Shown: piece after piece, positions 31,200-40,343 of the stretch
Numbering within the stretch: position 1 is the stretch's first letter
Layout of the letters: every line of letters begins with the position of its first letter
Virus record (IMG/VR): IMGVR_UViG_3300009159_000062
Location: 6,348 to 70,347 of that record
Length of the DNA stretch: 64,000 nucleotides
Source of the DNA: a virus
Reading direction: 5' to 3' (one strand)
Notes under the pieces: generated by a model
The model's database searches: none
What the model was told of the DNA's origin: nothing
The model's input: the letters and a program-made list of their open reading frames with translations, nothing else
Program-made: the position numbers and the translations under genes

Positions 31200-31490
31200 T
31201 TATAGACCGTATTCCTTTGCTACCTCTTCAGGATTAGCGATTCTGACTCCTGGCTTAGTCATCCATTTTTCTGCATTATGTCGTTCTACAATATTAAATC
31301 CTTTTAAAATTTTACCTACGCCAGACCAGTATATATTTTTAGGAGAGTGTATTGCTACTAAATCTTTTATTGCTTTTTCTTTTTTCTCTTTTGCTTCTAA
31401 GATGGGTTCTGAAGATACCGAAACGGTGCCAAATATGCCATTACCAATAGAGCCAAGGGCTTGTTTATTTTTTTCTTTGACATCAGACAT
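31200..31490 (-). CDS. small hypothetical (capsid-associated?) protein
   Basis: AGGAGG SD and TGATATAAT promoter upstream. Confidence 0.65.
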   Translation of the reverse strand: MSDVKEKNKQALGSIGNGIFGTVSVSSEPILEAKEKKEKAIKDLVAIHSPKNIYWSGVGKILKGFNIVERHNAEKWMTKPGVRIANPEEVAKEYGL

Positions 31491-31520
31491 AGTATCCTCC
31501 TTGTTGTATTATATCATTAT

Positions 31521-31562
31521 AAAATAGAAAGGGGGACAAGAGAATTAACTCTCATCCCCCCT
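31521..31562 (-). terminator. intrinsic terminator after major capsid gene
   Basis: AGGGGGGATGAGAG-TTAA-TTCTCTTGTCCCCCT then TTCTATTTT. Confidence 0.75.
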
Positions 31563-31577
31563 AAAACTGTTTACAGA

Positions 31578-32723
31578 TTAGGAATCTGAAGCAGCATCAG
31601 CGAATGCAATTGCATCCTGCTCTTCCCATTGAAGTCCGAAACGAACAAATACAGTATATTCTACTGTGTCTTTCTTCGCTACATATTCACGGTTTACTGT
31701 GATGTCTCTTTGGAAACCCCATACACGGTTGGCAGGGAATGTTAAGTCAACATATCCTGCTGGGTAGTAAGGAACTTCTTGAACGTCAACACCTAGAACA
31801 CGAGTTGTACGTGCTCCACCGAATGTTTGACCCATACCATCTAAGTAGTTTTGACGATTTGCTTGTGTGCTTCCTGGTACTTGACCAGCAAAAGCCTCGG
31901 CAACTGCATCTGCAAGAGTACCATTGTTCTTAACAATACCCTGGAAAGCATCTGTACCAGCATAGAACTTTAGGTTCTGCTTGATAGCACGATACTTACG
32001 TGGCATTGCTAGGATGATGTCTTGCATAACGCCTGTTGTCCAAGCATTGTCTGTTACAGTGACTTCTGCTTCGTGAGCATCGCCATCTGTCTTAACTTTA
32101 TTAACGAAACCTTCCATAATTGAAAGGAATGATCCTGTTGCACCGTCACCATTAATGGCTAGATCTTCAATATCATTACCAAATGCGTTTGTCATAAGAC
32201 GAACAACATGGTCTTCTAGGGCTGCACCTTCGATGTTATCTTCTAGTGCTTCTGCAGAAACTTCCCAATCTAGACGAATCTTCTTGGTTGTAAGTTCTAC
32301 CTTACTGAATGTTGCTCCAGCGTTGGTATAGTCACCAACTGCTTGTGAAGCAGCACGAATTACACGCTCACCAACGTTAACTTTTTCAAGTTCCATTGTG
32401 TTAGCACGCATTGTTACACGACGGCCATCCTGTGCTAGTACTGTTGCGTCCCAAACATAGTCGATAAAACGACGTGCTTGTTCTGGACGAAGAATACCGC
32501 TGCCAGCATCACCTGAAGGGTTTACTGCGTTTGCACCTGTTGTGACTCCTGATAGAGCAACTGGAATATTTCCAATTACGCCACCGTCAGAGTAATTGCC
32601 TGGTACGTTTGAACCTGCGTCTGATCCTGATGCGAATGCGCCTTGGCCTTGATAAAGACCTGGAGCAGTTCCACCAAGTTGACCAGATGTACCTGGCTGA
32701 TTTTTCTTGATTTCTTCCGACAT
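31578..32723 (-). CDS. major capsid protein (HK97 fold)
   Basis: GILRPEQARRFID, EALEDNIEG, DIEDLAINGD. True start MSEEIKK after AGGAGG. Confidence 0.88.
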   Translation of the reverse strand: MSEEIKKNQPGTSGQLGGTAPGLYQGQGAFASGSDAGSNVPGNYSDGGVIGNIPVALSGVTTGANAVNPSGDAGSGILRPEQARRFIDYVWDATVLAQDGRRVTMRANTMELEKVNVGERVIRAASQAVGDYTNAGATFSKVELTTKKIRLDWEVSAEALEDNIEGAALEDHVVRLMTNAFGNDIEDLAINGDGATGSFLSIMEGFVNKVKTDGDAHEAEVTVTDNAWTTGVMQDIILAMPRKYRAIKQNLKFYAGTDAFQGIVKNNGTLADAVAEAFAGQVPGSTQANRQNYLDGMGQTFGGARTTRVLGVDVQEVPYYPAGYVDLTFPANRVWGFQRDITVNREYVAKKDTVEYTVFVRFGLQWEEQDAIAFADAASDS

Positions 32724-32748
32724 TATTACACCTCCTAGTGATTTAAAC

Positions 32749-34080
32749 TTATCGAAATAAGTCGGCTGTTTTGAGGAAACGACCGCCCCATAGGGATTTT
32801 TCAACCATTTCTGGTTGTTCCTGAATAATCTCTCCGAGATCTCCAGATTTTCGGAATGCGGTATCTGCTTCAACAGCGTCAACACGTTTTCCAAACTCAT
32901 TAAATTCATCTTTTGCTGCAGAAACATCTTGTGATACTGCGTCAATAGATTTTGTTATTGCATTTACCTGCTCTTGTAGAGACTTAACGGTTGCAACTAG
33001 ATCGCTAAAGGCTGATGTAAGAGTATTATTAATTTCTGTAACTGCTTCTGCAATCACTACGTCATTTTTGGATACTTCTTCAGTTTTTACTTCTTCCACT
33101 ACTGAATCAGACTTTTCAATTTCTTCTACTACGACTTCTTCAGCCTTAGTAACTTCTGCTGTAATCTGATTATCTAATGAAGTTGCTTCTGCTACAACGT
33201 CTTCTGACTTTGTAACTTCAGCAGTTTCAACTGTGGCTTCTGCCTCTGGAGCGACCTGAACATCTTCAACTACAACATCAGTCTTCTCTACGATTTCTTC
33301 TGTTGTGTTTTTTGTTGATTTTGCCATAGGATTTTCCTCCTTTTGTATCTTAGAAGTATCAGTGCCTTTAGCACTTGCAACTAAGAATTTGATCATGTTT
33401 GTTTTCTCGTTGTCTGTTTTTTCAACGAAACCTATATTTTGCATTTGATTGCCAGTTGTTGGGCTAACCTCTGAATCATTTTCTGAAACCATAACAACTC
33501 CAGATTCTTTATCCCAAAAAACGTTTTCAATAACAGTGTCCATACCCTTAACAATATCTACGCCGTCAACTTTTTCTACAGAAACAATATTTGCAAATTG
33601 ATTTGCAGGACTATCCACTAAAGATAGTTCAACTAAATCGTAATCTTTAATAATTCTAATTTGTTTGTCCATTTTTTCATCATATCCATCATCCCAAGTA
33701 TTCATTCTTCCACCAATTGAAAAGCCTGTGTATGTTCCGTCAAGAACTTTTTCCCATGCATCTTGTGCGCCTTTTGAAATGTATGCAGATACAACTACAC
33801 CGTTGTACATTTTTTCTGAATCTGAATCATAATATTTATCTTCTTTAAATGAAACCATTTTTCCAACAGCAGATGGCTGATGCATTTCACGAATGTTTCC
33901 ACGAAATTTTTTAAATGCTTTAATGCTTGCTTCTGTTGTAACAATGTCATCTTGTTTATCTACATTGTCAAGTGTGGCAAAGCCTGAAACTGTACGTCTT
34001 TCTTTATCTACCTTACTAAAAGGCATTGAAAGACGAAGTTGTTCGCCCTGGGTATCCCAATGGGCTTTTGATATAATCAT
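32749..34080 (-). CDS. prohead protease fused to acidic scaffold
   Basis: DKQDD, REMH, TGFSIGG, ELSLVDSPAN, then E/V-rich region and coiled coil. Confidence 0.85.
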   Translation of the reverse strand: MIISKAHWDTQGEQLRLSMPFSKVDKERRTVSGFATLDNVDKQDDIVTTEASIKAFKKFRGNIREMHQPSAVGKMVSFKEDKYYDSDSEKMYNGVVVSAYISKGAQDAWEKVLDGTYTGFSIGGRMNTWDDGYDEKMDKQIRIIKDYDLVELSLVDSPANQFANIVSVEKVDGVDIVKGMDTVIENVFWDKESGVVMVSENDSEVSPTTGNQMQNIGFVEKTDNEKTNMIKFLVASAKGTDTSKIQKEENPMAKSTKNTTEEIVEKTDVVVEDVQVAPEAEATVETAEVTKSEDVVAEATSLDNQITAEVTKAEEVVVEEIEKSDSVVEEVKTEEVSKNDVVIAEAVTEINNTLTSAFSDLVATVKSLQEQVNAITKSIDAVSQDVSAAKDEFNEFGKRVDAVEADTAFRKSGDLGEIIQEQPEMVEKSLWGGRFLKTADLFR

Positions 34081-34120
34081 ACTAGTATATATTATAGGGC
34101 AATTTTTTTCATTATCTCAC

Positions 34121-35710
34121 TTATTGAGATGCCCTGCCCTCTCCCTTTGGATTTCTTCCAGCAACTGTTGCTGCGCCATCGGATTGATTATTAACTCTTT
34201 CAGAATCTCTTTGCCTGTTGGCAGTTTCAGTTGCTGCGTCTTGTGGCTTTAATTGAAATGGCTCATCTCCATATGATACCTGTGGCAAACCAAGTTGCTG
34301 TCTTGCCTCGTTAGGGAGCATGACCTGTGTTTTTACATATCTTTCAAGTATCTGTGACTGAGCAATTTCATCTGTAAGTGTTAACTCGTTAAACTTAAAC
34401 TCTAAAATATCTGTTCTTTCACGAATTACTTTATTGATCATTTTTTCAAGTTGGCGTTGTGCTGGACGAGCAACTTGCTCTTTGAATGTACGATCTTGTG
34501 ATAAGGCTGCTGCAATTCCAGAAGCATCGGAACCGCCTAACTTTGAAAGAGGAACTTGGTGAGCAACTAAAATATCATCACGATTTTGTTTTCTATATTC
34601 TTTGAAAGATCCATCCTGGATACCATTTTCAATTGGCTCCATCTTAAATTCAACCTTGCTGTTATCACTATCACCTGGAAGTGGTATATACAAAGTTCTA
34701 TGTGACTGACCCTTTAAGTTTGTTTGTAAAAATCTAAACATTTTGTCTTCGGCATCGGCAGATAGTTTAGCCCCTTTAAGAGTTACAACATATCTTGGTA
34801 CCGCTTTATTAGAAAAATAATCAATATTATACTGAGATGCTAACTGATCACCATGCAAAGATGATATAGCAGAAATAATGTCTGGCACTCCATAAAATGT
34901 ATTTAGCGGTGAGTATTGTTTAAAATGAATAATTTCATTTGGACGATTATCTGATGTTACTGGGTTAGGATTTTTTGCTCCAAAGTTTCTAAAATAAACA
35001 ACCTTGTTTGCAATAATCTGAACAAATCCATCACGCATGCGACGCACACGCATAGTTGTTGATGGTATATGTCCAATATAACCAATCTCTCCTCTTATTG
35101 TTCTGCCAACTTCCAAGTATCCATTTCCAGTCGCCTGAACATCTGTATAAACCTTTTCCATTGTTGTTGTAAAGGAATCATCATTGTTTAAACTTTCTAG
35201 CCAGTCTGTAAGTTCAATTTTTGATCTTTCAATTCTTTTACGAGCACGGCCTGTAGCCTCTCCATCAATTGAAGATTCTAATTTAAGCATTGTTCTAGGA
35301 GAAATTTCAAATTTATATCCTAAACCAACAATATTTTCTACCTTAGCATCAATTGCTGCATGGTTAGCAAAAGATGTATCATAAAAATTTGCAAGTTCAT
35401 AAACATTCCATGGAGGGGTGATAACATCAAAAAGTCCATAAGCATTACGATATAAAACTCCTGGGTTGATTTCTTTAGATTGTGCACCATTAACTCCTGA
35501 GTTAACTGCAAGAGCGCTATCTAGGTATGCTGGTGATGCCTCTACCTTGGACATTCGTGCTGCACGTCTTTTAAAGTTATTGTCCAATCCAGATAAATTT
35601 TTTAATTCTTCCCAGGTGTTGTTAAACGGATCGCTTTTTTTAAATTCATTTGCAGGCTCTTCGATGTCGTCAATCCTTGCGCCAATTCTATACTCTACTT
35701 GATCACTCAT
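34121..35710 (-). CDS. portal protein
   Basis: GNGYLE, EIIHFK, FYGVP, AHQVP, PNEARQQLGLP. Confidence 0.88.
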   Translation of the reverse strand: MSDQVEYRIGARIDDIEEPANEFKKSDPFNNTWEELKNLSGLDNNFKRRAARMSKVEASPAYLDSALAVNSGVNGAQSKEINPGVLYRNAYGLFDVITPPWNVYELANFYDTSFANHAAIDAKVENIVGLGYKFEISPRTMLKLESSIDGEATGRARKRIERSKIELTDWLESLNNDDSFTTTMEKVYTDVQATGNGYLEVGRTIRGEIGYIGHIPSTTMRVRRMRDGFVQIIANKVVYFRNFGAKNPNPVTSDNRPNEIIHFKQYSPLNTFYGVPDIISAISSLHGDQLASQYNIDYFSNKAVPRYVVTLKGAKLSADAEDKMFRFLQTNLKGQSHRTLYIPLPGDSDNSKVEFKMEPIENGIQDGSFKEYRKQNRDDILVAHQVPLSKLGGSDASGIAAALSQDRTFKEQVARPAQRQLEKMINKVIRERTDILEFKFNELTLTDEIAQSQILERYVKTQVMLPNEARQQLGLPQVSYGDEPFQLKPQDAATETANRQRDSERVNNQSDGAATVAGRNPKGEGRASQ

Positions 35711-36114
35711 TATTCTTCACTTCCCCATTTTTTGACAGTTTGCTGTGCTGCGTGCACTGCTCCCAAATCATTCATGCTTGGGATCAAACCTTCTGCCATT
35801 CTTTGCTTTTGCTCTGAGTACTCTTCTTCTGATATACGATTAAGCCCTGGAACAAAAACACAGTCACCATCTCCAGGATCTCCATAATGTCTTGCTGCCT
35901 CTTTTAATTTTGACATACTGGATAGGTCCCCCTTCATTGATGGAATGTTTAAAACTGATCCAGTGCCGTCAGTAAACCATTTTCCGTCAGCCTTTTTGTA
36001 TACATACAGGCCCCAATCATACATTTTATCTATAACTTTAATGCGAGATTCGCCAATTTGGCCCTTCATTTTGGGCAGTTGTTTACGCTTTTTATTATTA
36101 TTTGCAGATTTCAT
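35710..36114 (-). CDS. hypothetical protein upstream of portal
   Basis: Coupled to portal. TGGTATACT lies 7 nt before ATG 36114 (track start is 36120). Confidence 0.65.
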   Translation of the reverse strand: MKSANNNKKRKQLPKMKGQIGESRIKVIDKMYDWGLYVYKKADGKWFTDGTGSVLNIPSMKGDLSSMSKLKEAARHYGDPGDGDCVFVPGLNRISEEEYSEQKQRMAEGLIPSMNDLGAVHAAQQTVKKWGSEE

Positions 36115-36132
36115 AACCATCAGTATACCATA

Positions 36133-39100
36133 CTATACTGGTATTTCAGTCTTTGTTTGCCACGCAGTATCCGAAAATATCTTAATTGAGTCTCCTACAA
36201 AATTTAGACTTTCTGTAGTGTTGCTATCAACAACAATCTTATTTCTTCCTATGTATTTTTTATAAACAATGGATGGATCAACTCCATATAACTCTGAAGA
36301 CTCCGCAACTAAAACTCCATTCCAGTTGTAGGAAGAGTACCAGTATGACCAAAATAGGTCAAATATTCCGTTATTTTTAATCCTGAGCCAAGGCCTATAA
36401 ATTTTACTTTGAATTTCCTGCAAGTCTGTAGCCTGATAATTTGTAATACTATTAAATACAAAAGGCCCATTTAAATTTATTGAGCCCAGAAAATTATTTA
36501 AATCAAGGCTGTTGGCAAATGAAACACCAAAAACTGCCCACTCTTTTGCCTCAATTACTGGATCTTTTACCAGGTTGCCATTAATATAAAATGCTAGCCC
36601 GTTTACTGCCTGACCAGTGCTTTTATTAAGTGCAAATAATTTTCCTCTGTCGCCCTTTTCGCTTACAGCAGAAACATAGAATTGAATAGTATCGTTTTTA
36701 TGCTGTAACTCGCAAACTTGAGTTGCTCCATATGGGAATTTGTCAAAATCATACCTTAGCCACATCTGGAATGCAGATATTTTATAATTATTGGATGTGC
36801 TTCTATTTAATGGAATTCCTATTCCCCTGTTAATAAATGGGCTAAAAGAACCTCTTATTTCTATTCCACTTTTTCGTGTTGAGTATAAATATGGAACGCT
36901 TTCTTTTGTAATGCTGATTGGATTCTTTGCTTTATAATCAAAATAAATACCCGTTTTTTTGTATGGATAAATAGGAAGGCCAAATCTAGTTCCTATACTT
37001 TTTGCAGAGTTGTGATCAAATGCCTGAGAAGATATTTCTAATTTTTTTAGTCCAATATTTTTATATTGTGTACCCTGAAGATTTGTAACTAAATGAACAA
37101 CTATTGCCAAGTCATTAAAGTTTAGCCCTGCGGGTGGGTAAATTATTGTGTTATCTGCAACTTCAAATACAGTATTTTGCCAATTGGAGTAGTTTGACAT
37201 GTTTAAAATTTTGTCATTTCTAATTGGGCTAACATATGTAAAATTTTTAAAGTTTTTATTTGCTCCAGCAGTTATATACTGAAAACTTATGTAACTCTTT
37301 ATACTTGAACTTTCCGTATTATAGAAGTATGTCTTTGTAGATTTTTGCTCAATATCTTGATAATTTTCCCAACCAGAGAACAGGGCATTGTCTAATTGTG
37401 CATATGTTCTTTGAACTGTATGATCATACTCTAATTCTAAAGAGTCATAGTCCCAACTAGCGGTTTGTTCTGTTGAGTAAACAATAGTAGGAGATGGGTA
37501 GTCTATATTAAACTGTAACATATCAAGATCATAAATTCTCTTTCCACTGGGGTCATCTACGTAGGAAGCAAAATATGACAAAGGAATGTAGTCTTCCCAA
37601 TATCCTGCTGAAGAAATATCTAAATAGTAATTATTGTAATGAAGGAATCCTTGTAGAGTGTATGTGGCTATGTGATTTAAAAAATCTTCTCCTAAATCAA
37701 TATTGCATAACCCATTATTTAAAAAATGTTGACTTACTGTGTTTACGTTGTAATTGCTAAAAATATGAAATTTATAAAATTTTCCTTCAAAATTTTCATT
37801 TCCATTTTGATTTGCGCCAATATATATCTTTAATGAATTCTTGTTTCCAAAAAACTCATCAAGATTTGAGCCAAAATAAGATATCATTTTGTCAAGTTTA
37901 AACCCTACGGGAATATAAGTATCTAAACTTATTTCATCAAATACGTTTAATGTGGTTAGATTGTTGTCATAATAAAAATAATATTTTATTTCTAGATCTT
38001 CTAGAGTGGCTTTAAAATAATTTTCAGTATTTAAATCATAAACTGTAAATATTGTTTGTACATTGTCTTTGTTTAAGTCAAACTTAATGACAGCAGACAA
38101 TCCATGGATCTCGTCGTCAATCATTGAAAAATTATCGAAATATGCGTAGGTCTTTTTGTTATTCCATGCTGAGTTTGGCCTAAAAGAAAAATATGTTTTT
38201 GTTTCATCTTGAATATCATAATTATCACTTACAAAATTTAATTCTGTTTTATCGTCTAAAAATAACGTTGGAAGTTTATGTGTAGACAAAGACAATGTTT
38301 TTTCTGTTGCAGACATATTGTCAGAGATTCCTTGATTCCAACTTCCATTATTTGGATATGAATAATTTGAAGTATATTCTGAATATGGATAATCTATATA
38401 AATTGATGATGCCCCGTAGGCTGAGTTAATTGTTTCTGGAGATATAACCGCCTGCCCGTAAGCCAGTCTTTTTTTAGCAATTAATGTGGGTACTATATAA
38501 GAGTATACTGCAATACAATCTATCTCATATGGGCTAACGTCTTCATAAGAATAAAATCCAAGCCAGTCTAATTCTTTTCCTGAATCATTAAATTCTAATG
38601 GTAATTCTAACTCTGATTGTTTTAAGTTTAAAATAATTACTTGTTCGCCATTAACAATTAACGATGCTGTGTTTTGTGTAATTGTAATCTGAATAAGCAT
38701 TGGTCTATACCACTCGCCAACATAATGAGAAGCAAAGTGTTTGCCAATAGATAAACTAATAAAAGCATCTTCAACATATAGGCCATCTTCTGATCCTATT
38801 GGACCAAAAATTCTTGTTGGCTCTTTAATATCAGAGTTTATTCTCATCCACATTTCAACTGTGTAGTCTTTGTACCTTCCAGTTTCATTTAAAAAGCCAA
38901 AACCTGGAATAATTAACGATGGCATCCCTGCATTTGGAATAATCTTAGTAACACTATCTGATCCGTATGCCATAGGAACACTTGTGTTTTTAGCACAAAG
39001 TCTATTATTATTTATTAAATAGTAGCCATTTTTTATTCCAGAGATATACGAGTTTGCCTCTACGCATTTGGTAATTCCTGATAAAGCAATAGTACTTGGA

Positions 39101-39723
39101 AGTGGTAAAGATGTTGCCCCTAAAGAAGTTGTATTAAAATTTTCTGAGCATTGGCCTAGCGTAAATCCATTAGTAAAAATCTTATAGTTGTCAATATTGG
39201 ATGCGCCACCATTAAACTCAATTTTTATTAATGGCCTAAAAGATGTGCTCTGAGATGGGTATGTGGAGTTGTGAGATAAAAAAATCCATTTTTGTGAAAT
39301 ATCAGTTACATACTTTGTAATGCTTTCTACTGTTTCTCCAGAGGATGTGTCATTATATTCAAACCCTATCGATATTGACTTTAAGTATGCACTTTCAGTA
39401 TAAAAATAACATCCAGATGTTAGGGTTGCTAGGCTGGAATTTAATTCATCTAAATCAATTAGGTCTGCACCTACAAATTTTATTTCCTTAGAAACTTCTA
39501 GGAAATCATCAAATTGTATTTCATTTAAGTAACTACTTAAAAATGGTTTGTTTAAATCTGTATTGCTTGTAGTTACAGATGAGTCTAAAAAGTTCCATCC
39601 AGCCAAATTTCTTTGATTATTGGATACTAAAGATAAATAATCAACATTATCATCTAGCGACCACAACCCTATTGGATGTTCGGCAAAAATTTTTTCTGCA
39701 TAAAGGTTTGATTGAATAGACAT
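36133..39723 (-). CDS. large beta-rich virion protein with LamG/concanavalin-like segments
   Basis: EHPIGLWSLD, YTVEMW, LIVNGE, FYINGNLV motifs. Confidence 0.55.
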   Translation of the reverse strand: MSIQSNLYAEKIFAEHPIGLWSLDDNVDYLSLVSNNQRNLAGWNFLDSSVTTSNTDLNKPFLSSYLNEIQFDDFLEVSKEIKFVGADLIDLDELNSSLATLTSGCYFYTESAYLKSISIGFEYNDTSSGETVESITKYVTDISQKWIFLSHNSTYPSQSTSFRPLIKIEFNGGASNIDNYKIFTNGFTLGQCSENFNTTSLGATSLPLPSTIALSGITKCVEANSYISGIKNGYYLINNNRLCAKNTSVPMAYGSDSVTKIIPNAGMPSLIIPGFGFLNETGRYKDYTVEMWMRINSDIKEPTRIFGPIGSEDGLYVEDAFISLSIGKHFASHYVGEWYRPMLIQITITQNTASLIVNGEQVIILNLKQSELELPLEFNDSGKELDWLGFYSYEDVSPYEIDCIAVYSYIVPTLIAKKRLAYGQAVISPETINSAYGASSIYIDYPYSEYTSNYSYPNNGSWNQGISDNMSATEKTLSLSTHKLPTLFLDDKTELNFVSDNYDIQDETKTYFSFRPNSAWNNKKTYAYFDNFSMIDDEIHGLSAVIKFDLNKDNVQTIFTVYDLNTENYFKATLEDLEIKYYFYYDNNLTTLNVFDEISLDTYIPVGFKLDKMISYFGSNLDEFFGNKNSLKIYIGANQNGNENFEGKFYKFHIFSNYNVNTVSQHFLNNGLCNIDLGEDFLNHIATYTLQGFLHYNNYYLDISSAGYWEDYIPLSYFASYVDDPSGKRIYDLDMLQFNIDYPSPTIVYSTEQTASWDYDSLELEYDHTVQRTYAQLDNALFSGWENYQDIEQKSTKTYFYNTESSSIKSYISFQYITAGANKNFKNFTYVSPIRNDKILNMSNYSNWQNTVFEVADNTIIYPPAGLNFNDLAIVVHLVTNLQGTQYKNIGLKKLEISSQAFDHNSAKSIGTRFGLPIYPYKKTGIYFDYKAKNPISITKESVPYLYSTRKSGIEIRGSFSPFINRGIGIPLNRSTSNNYKISAFQMWLRYDFDKFPYGATQVCELQHKNDTIQFYVSAVSEKGDRGKLFALNKSTGQAVNGLAFYINGNLVKDPVIEAKEWAVFGVSFANSLDLNNFLGSINLNGPFVFNSITNYQATDLQEIQSKIYRPWLRIKNNGIFDLFWSYWYSSYNWNGVLVAESSELYGVDPSIVYKKYIGRNKIVVDSNTTESLNFVGDSIKIFSDTAWQTKTEIPV

Positions 39724-39743
39724 TGTTAGTCTATTTTATCATA

Positions 39744-40343
39744 TTAAAGGTTTTTAAACCTTGGATTTCCCCAAGTGATCTCGTTGTATTTTAATCCAGG
39801 GTACGGAGACTCTCCTACTGGAGCATTCCAAAAATCAGAAACAAATAAGTCGCCCTCATCTATTGTGGTTATCTCTCTTTGAAACTCTTCTGTCTCTGGA
39901 AATATAACGCAGTCTCCTGGCTTTAGATCTACGGCAATTTTATAGTTTTTAAATTTAAGTTCTCCCCCCGTATGTGAGTCTGTCCATTTTAAGATAGACC
40001 TAAATACATTCTTTGGTCTATTTGTAGACCATTGCATAGGAAAAGTTCTTTCATTGGTAAGTCTAAAAATATAACTTTTTCCAAGAATTGGAGGATCATA
40101 AAAAATTTTAGTCATGTCACTAACCGCAACCCCTATTGCAGTTGCATATTTTTCAAAAACAGCAACAACCTCTCTTGTCATATCTCCATATGTGGCGATG
40201 TCAAATTCAACATTATGTTGTGAGTATAGTGGATCATGAAGAGGAATGTGATCCTCTTTGGTTTGAAACTTTACACTATTAATAAAGTCTTGAACTAACT
40301 GAATATCTTCTGCTGTAGCAACATTAATTATTTGATAGTTCAT
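39744..40343 (-). CDS. 2OG-Fe(II) oxygenase-fold protein lacking obvious metal ligands
   Basis: TGGELKF...KPGDCVIFP...EITTIDEG. Start ATGA overlaps RNR stop. Confidence 0.55.
   Translation of the reverse strand: MNYQIINVATAEDIQLVQDFINSVKFQTKEDHIPLHDPLYSQHNVEFDIATYGDMTREVVAVFEKYATAIGVAVSDMTKIFYDPPILGKSYIFRLTNERTFPMQWSTNRPKNVFRSILKWTDSHTGGELKFKNYKIAVDLKPGDCVIFPETEEFQREITTIDEGDLFVSDFWNAPVGESPYPGLKYNEITWGNPRFKNL

Noticed and set aside
28541-32780. Complementary 8-mers (GTTTCCTC/GAGGAAAC) upstream of tail and capsid genes
   Set aside because: Too short to exceed chance, and one copy is constrained by coding sequence
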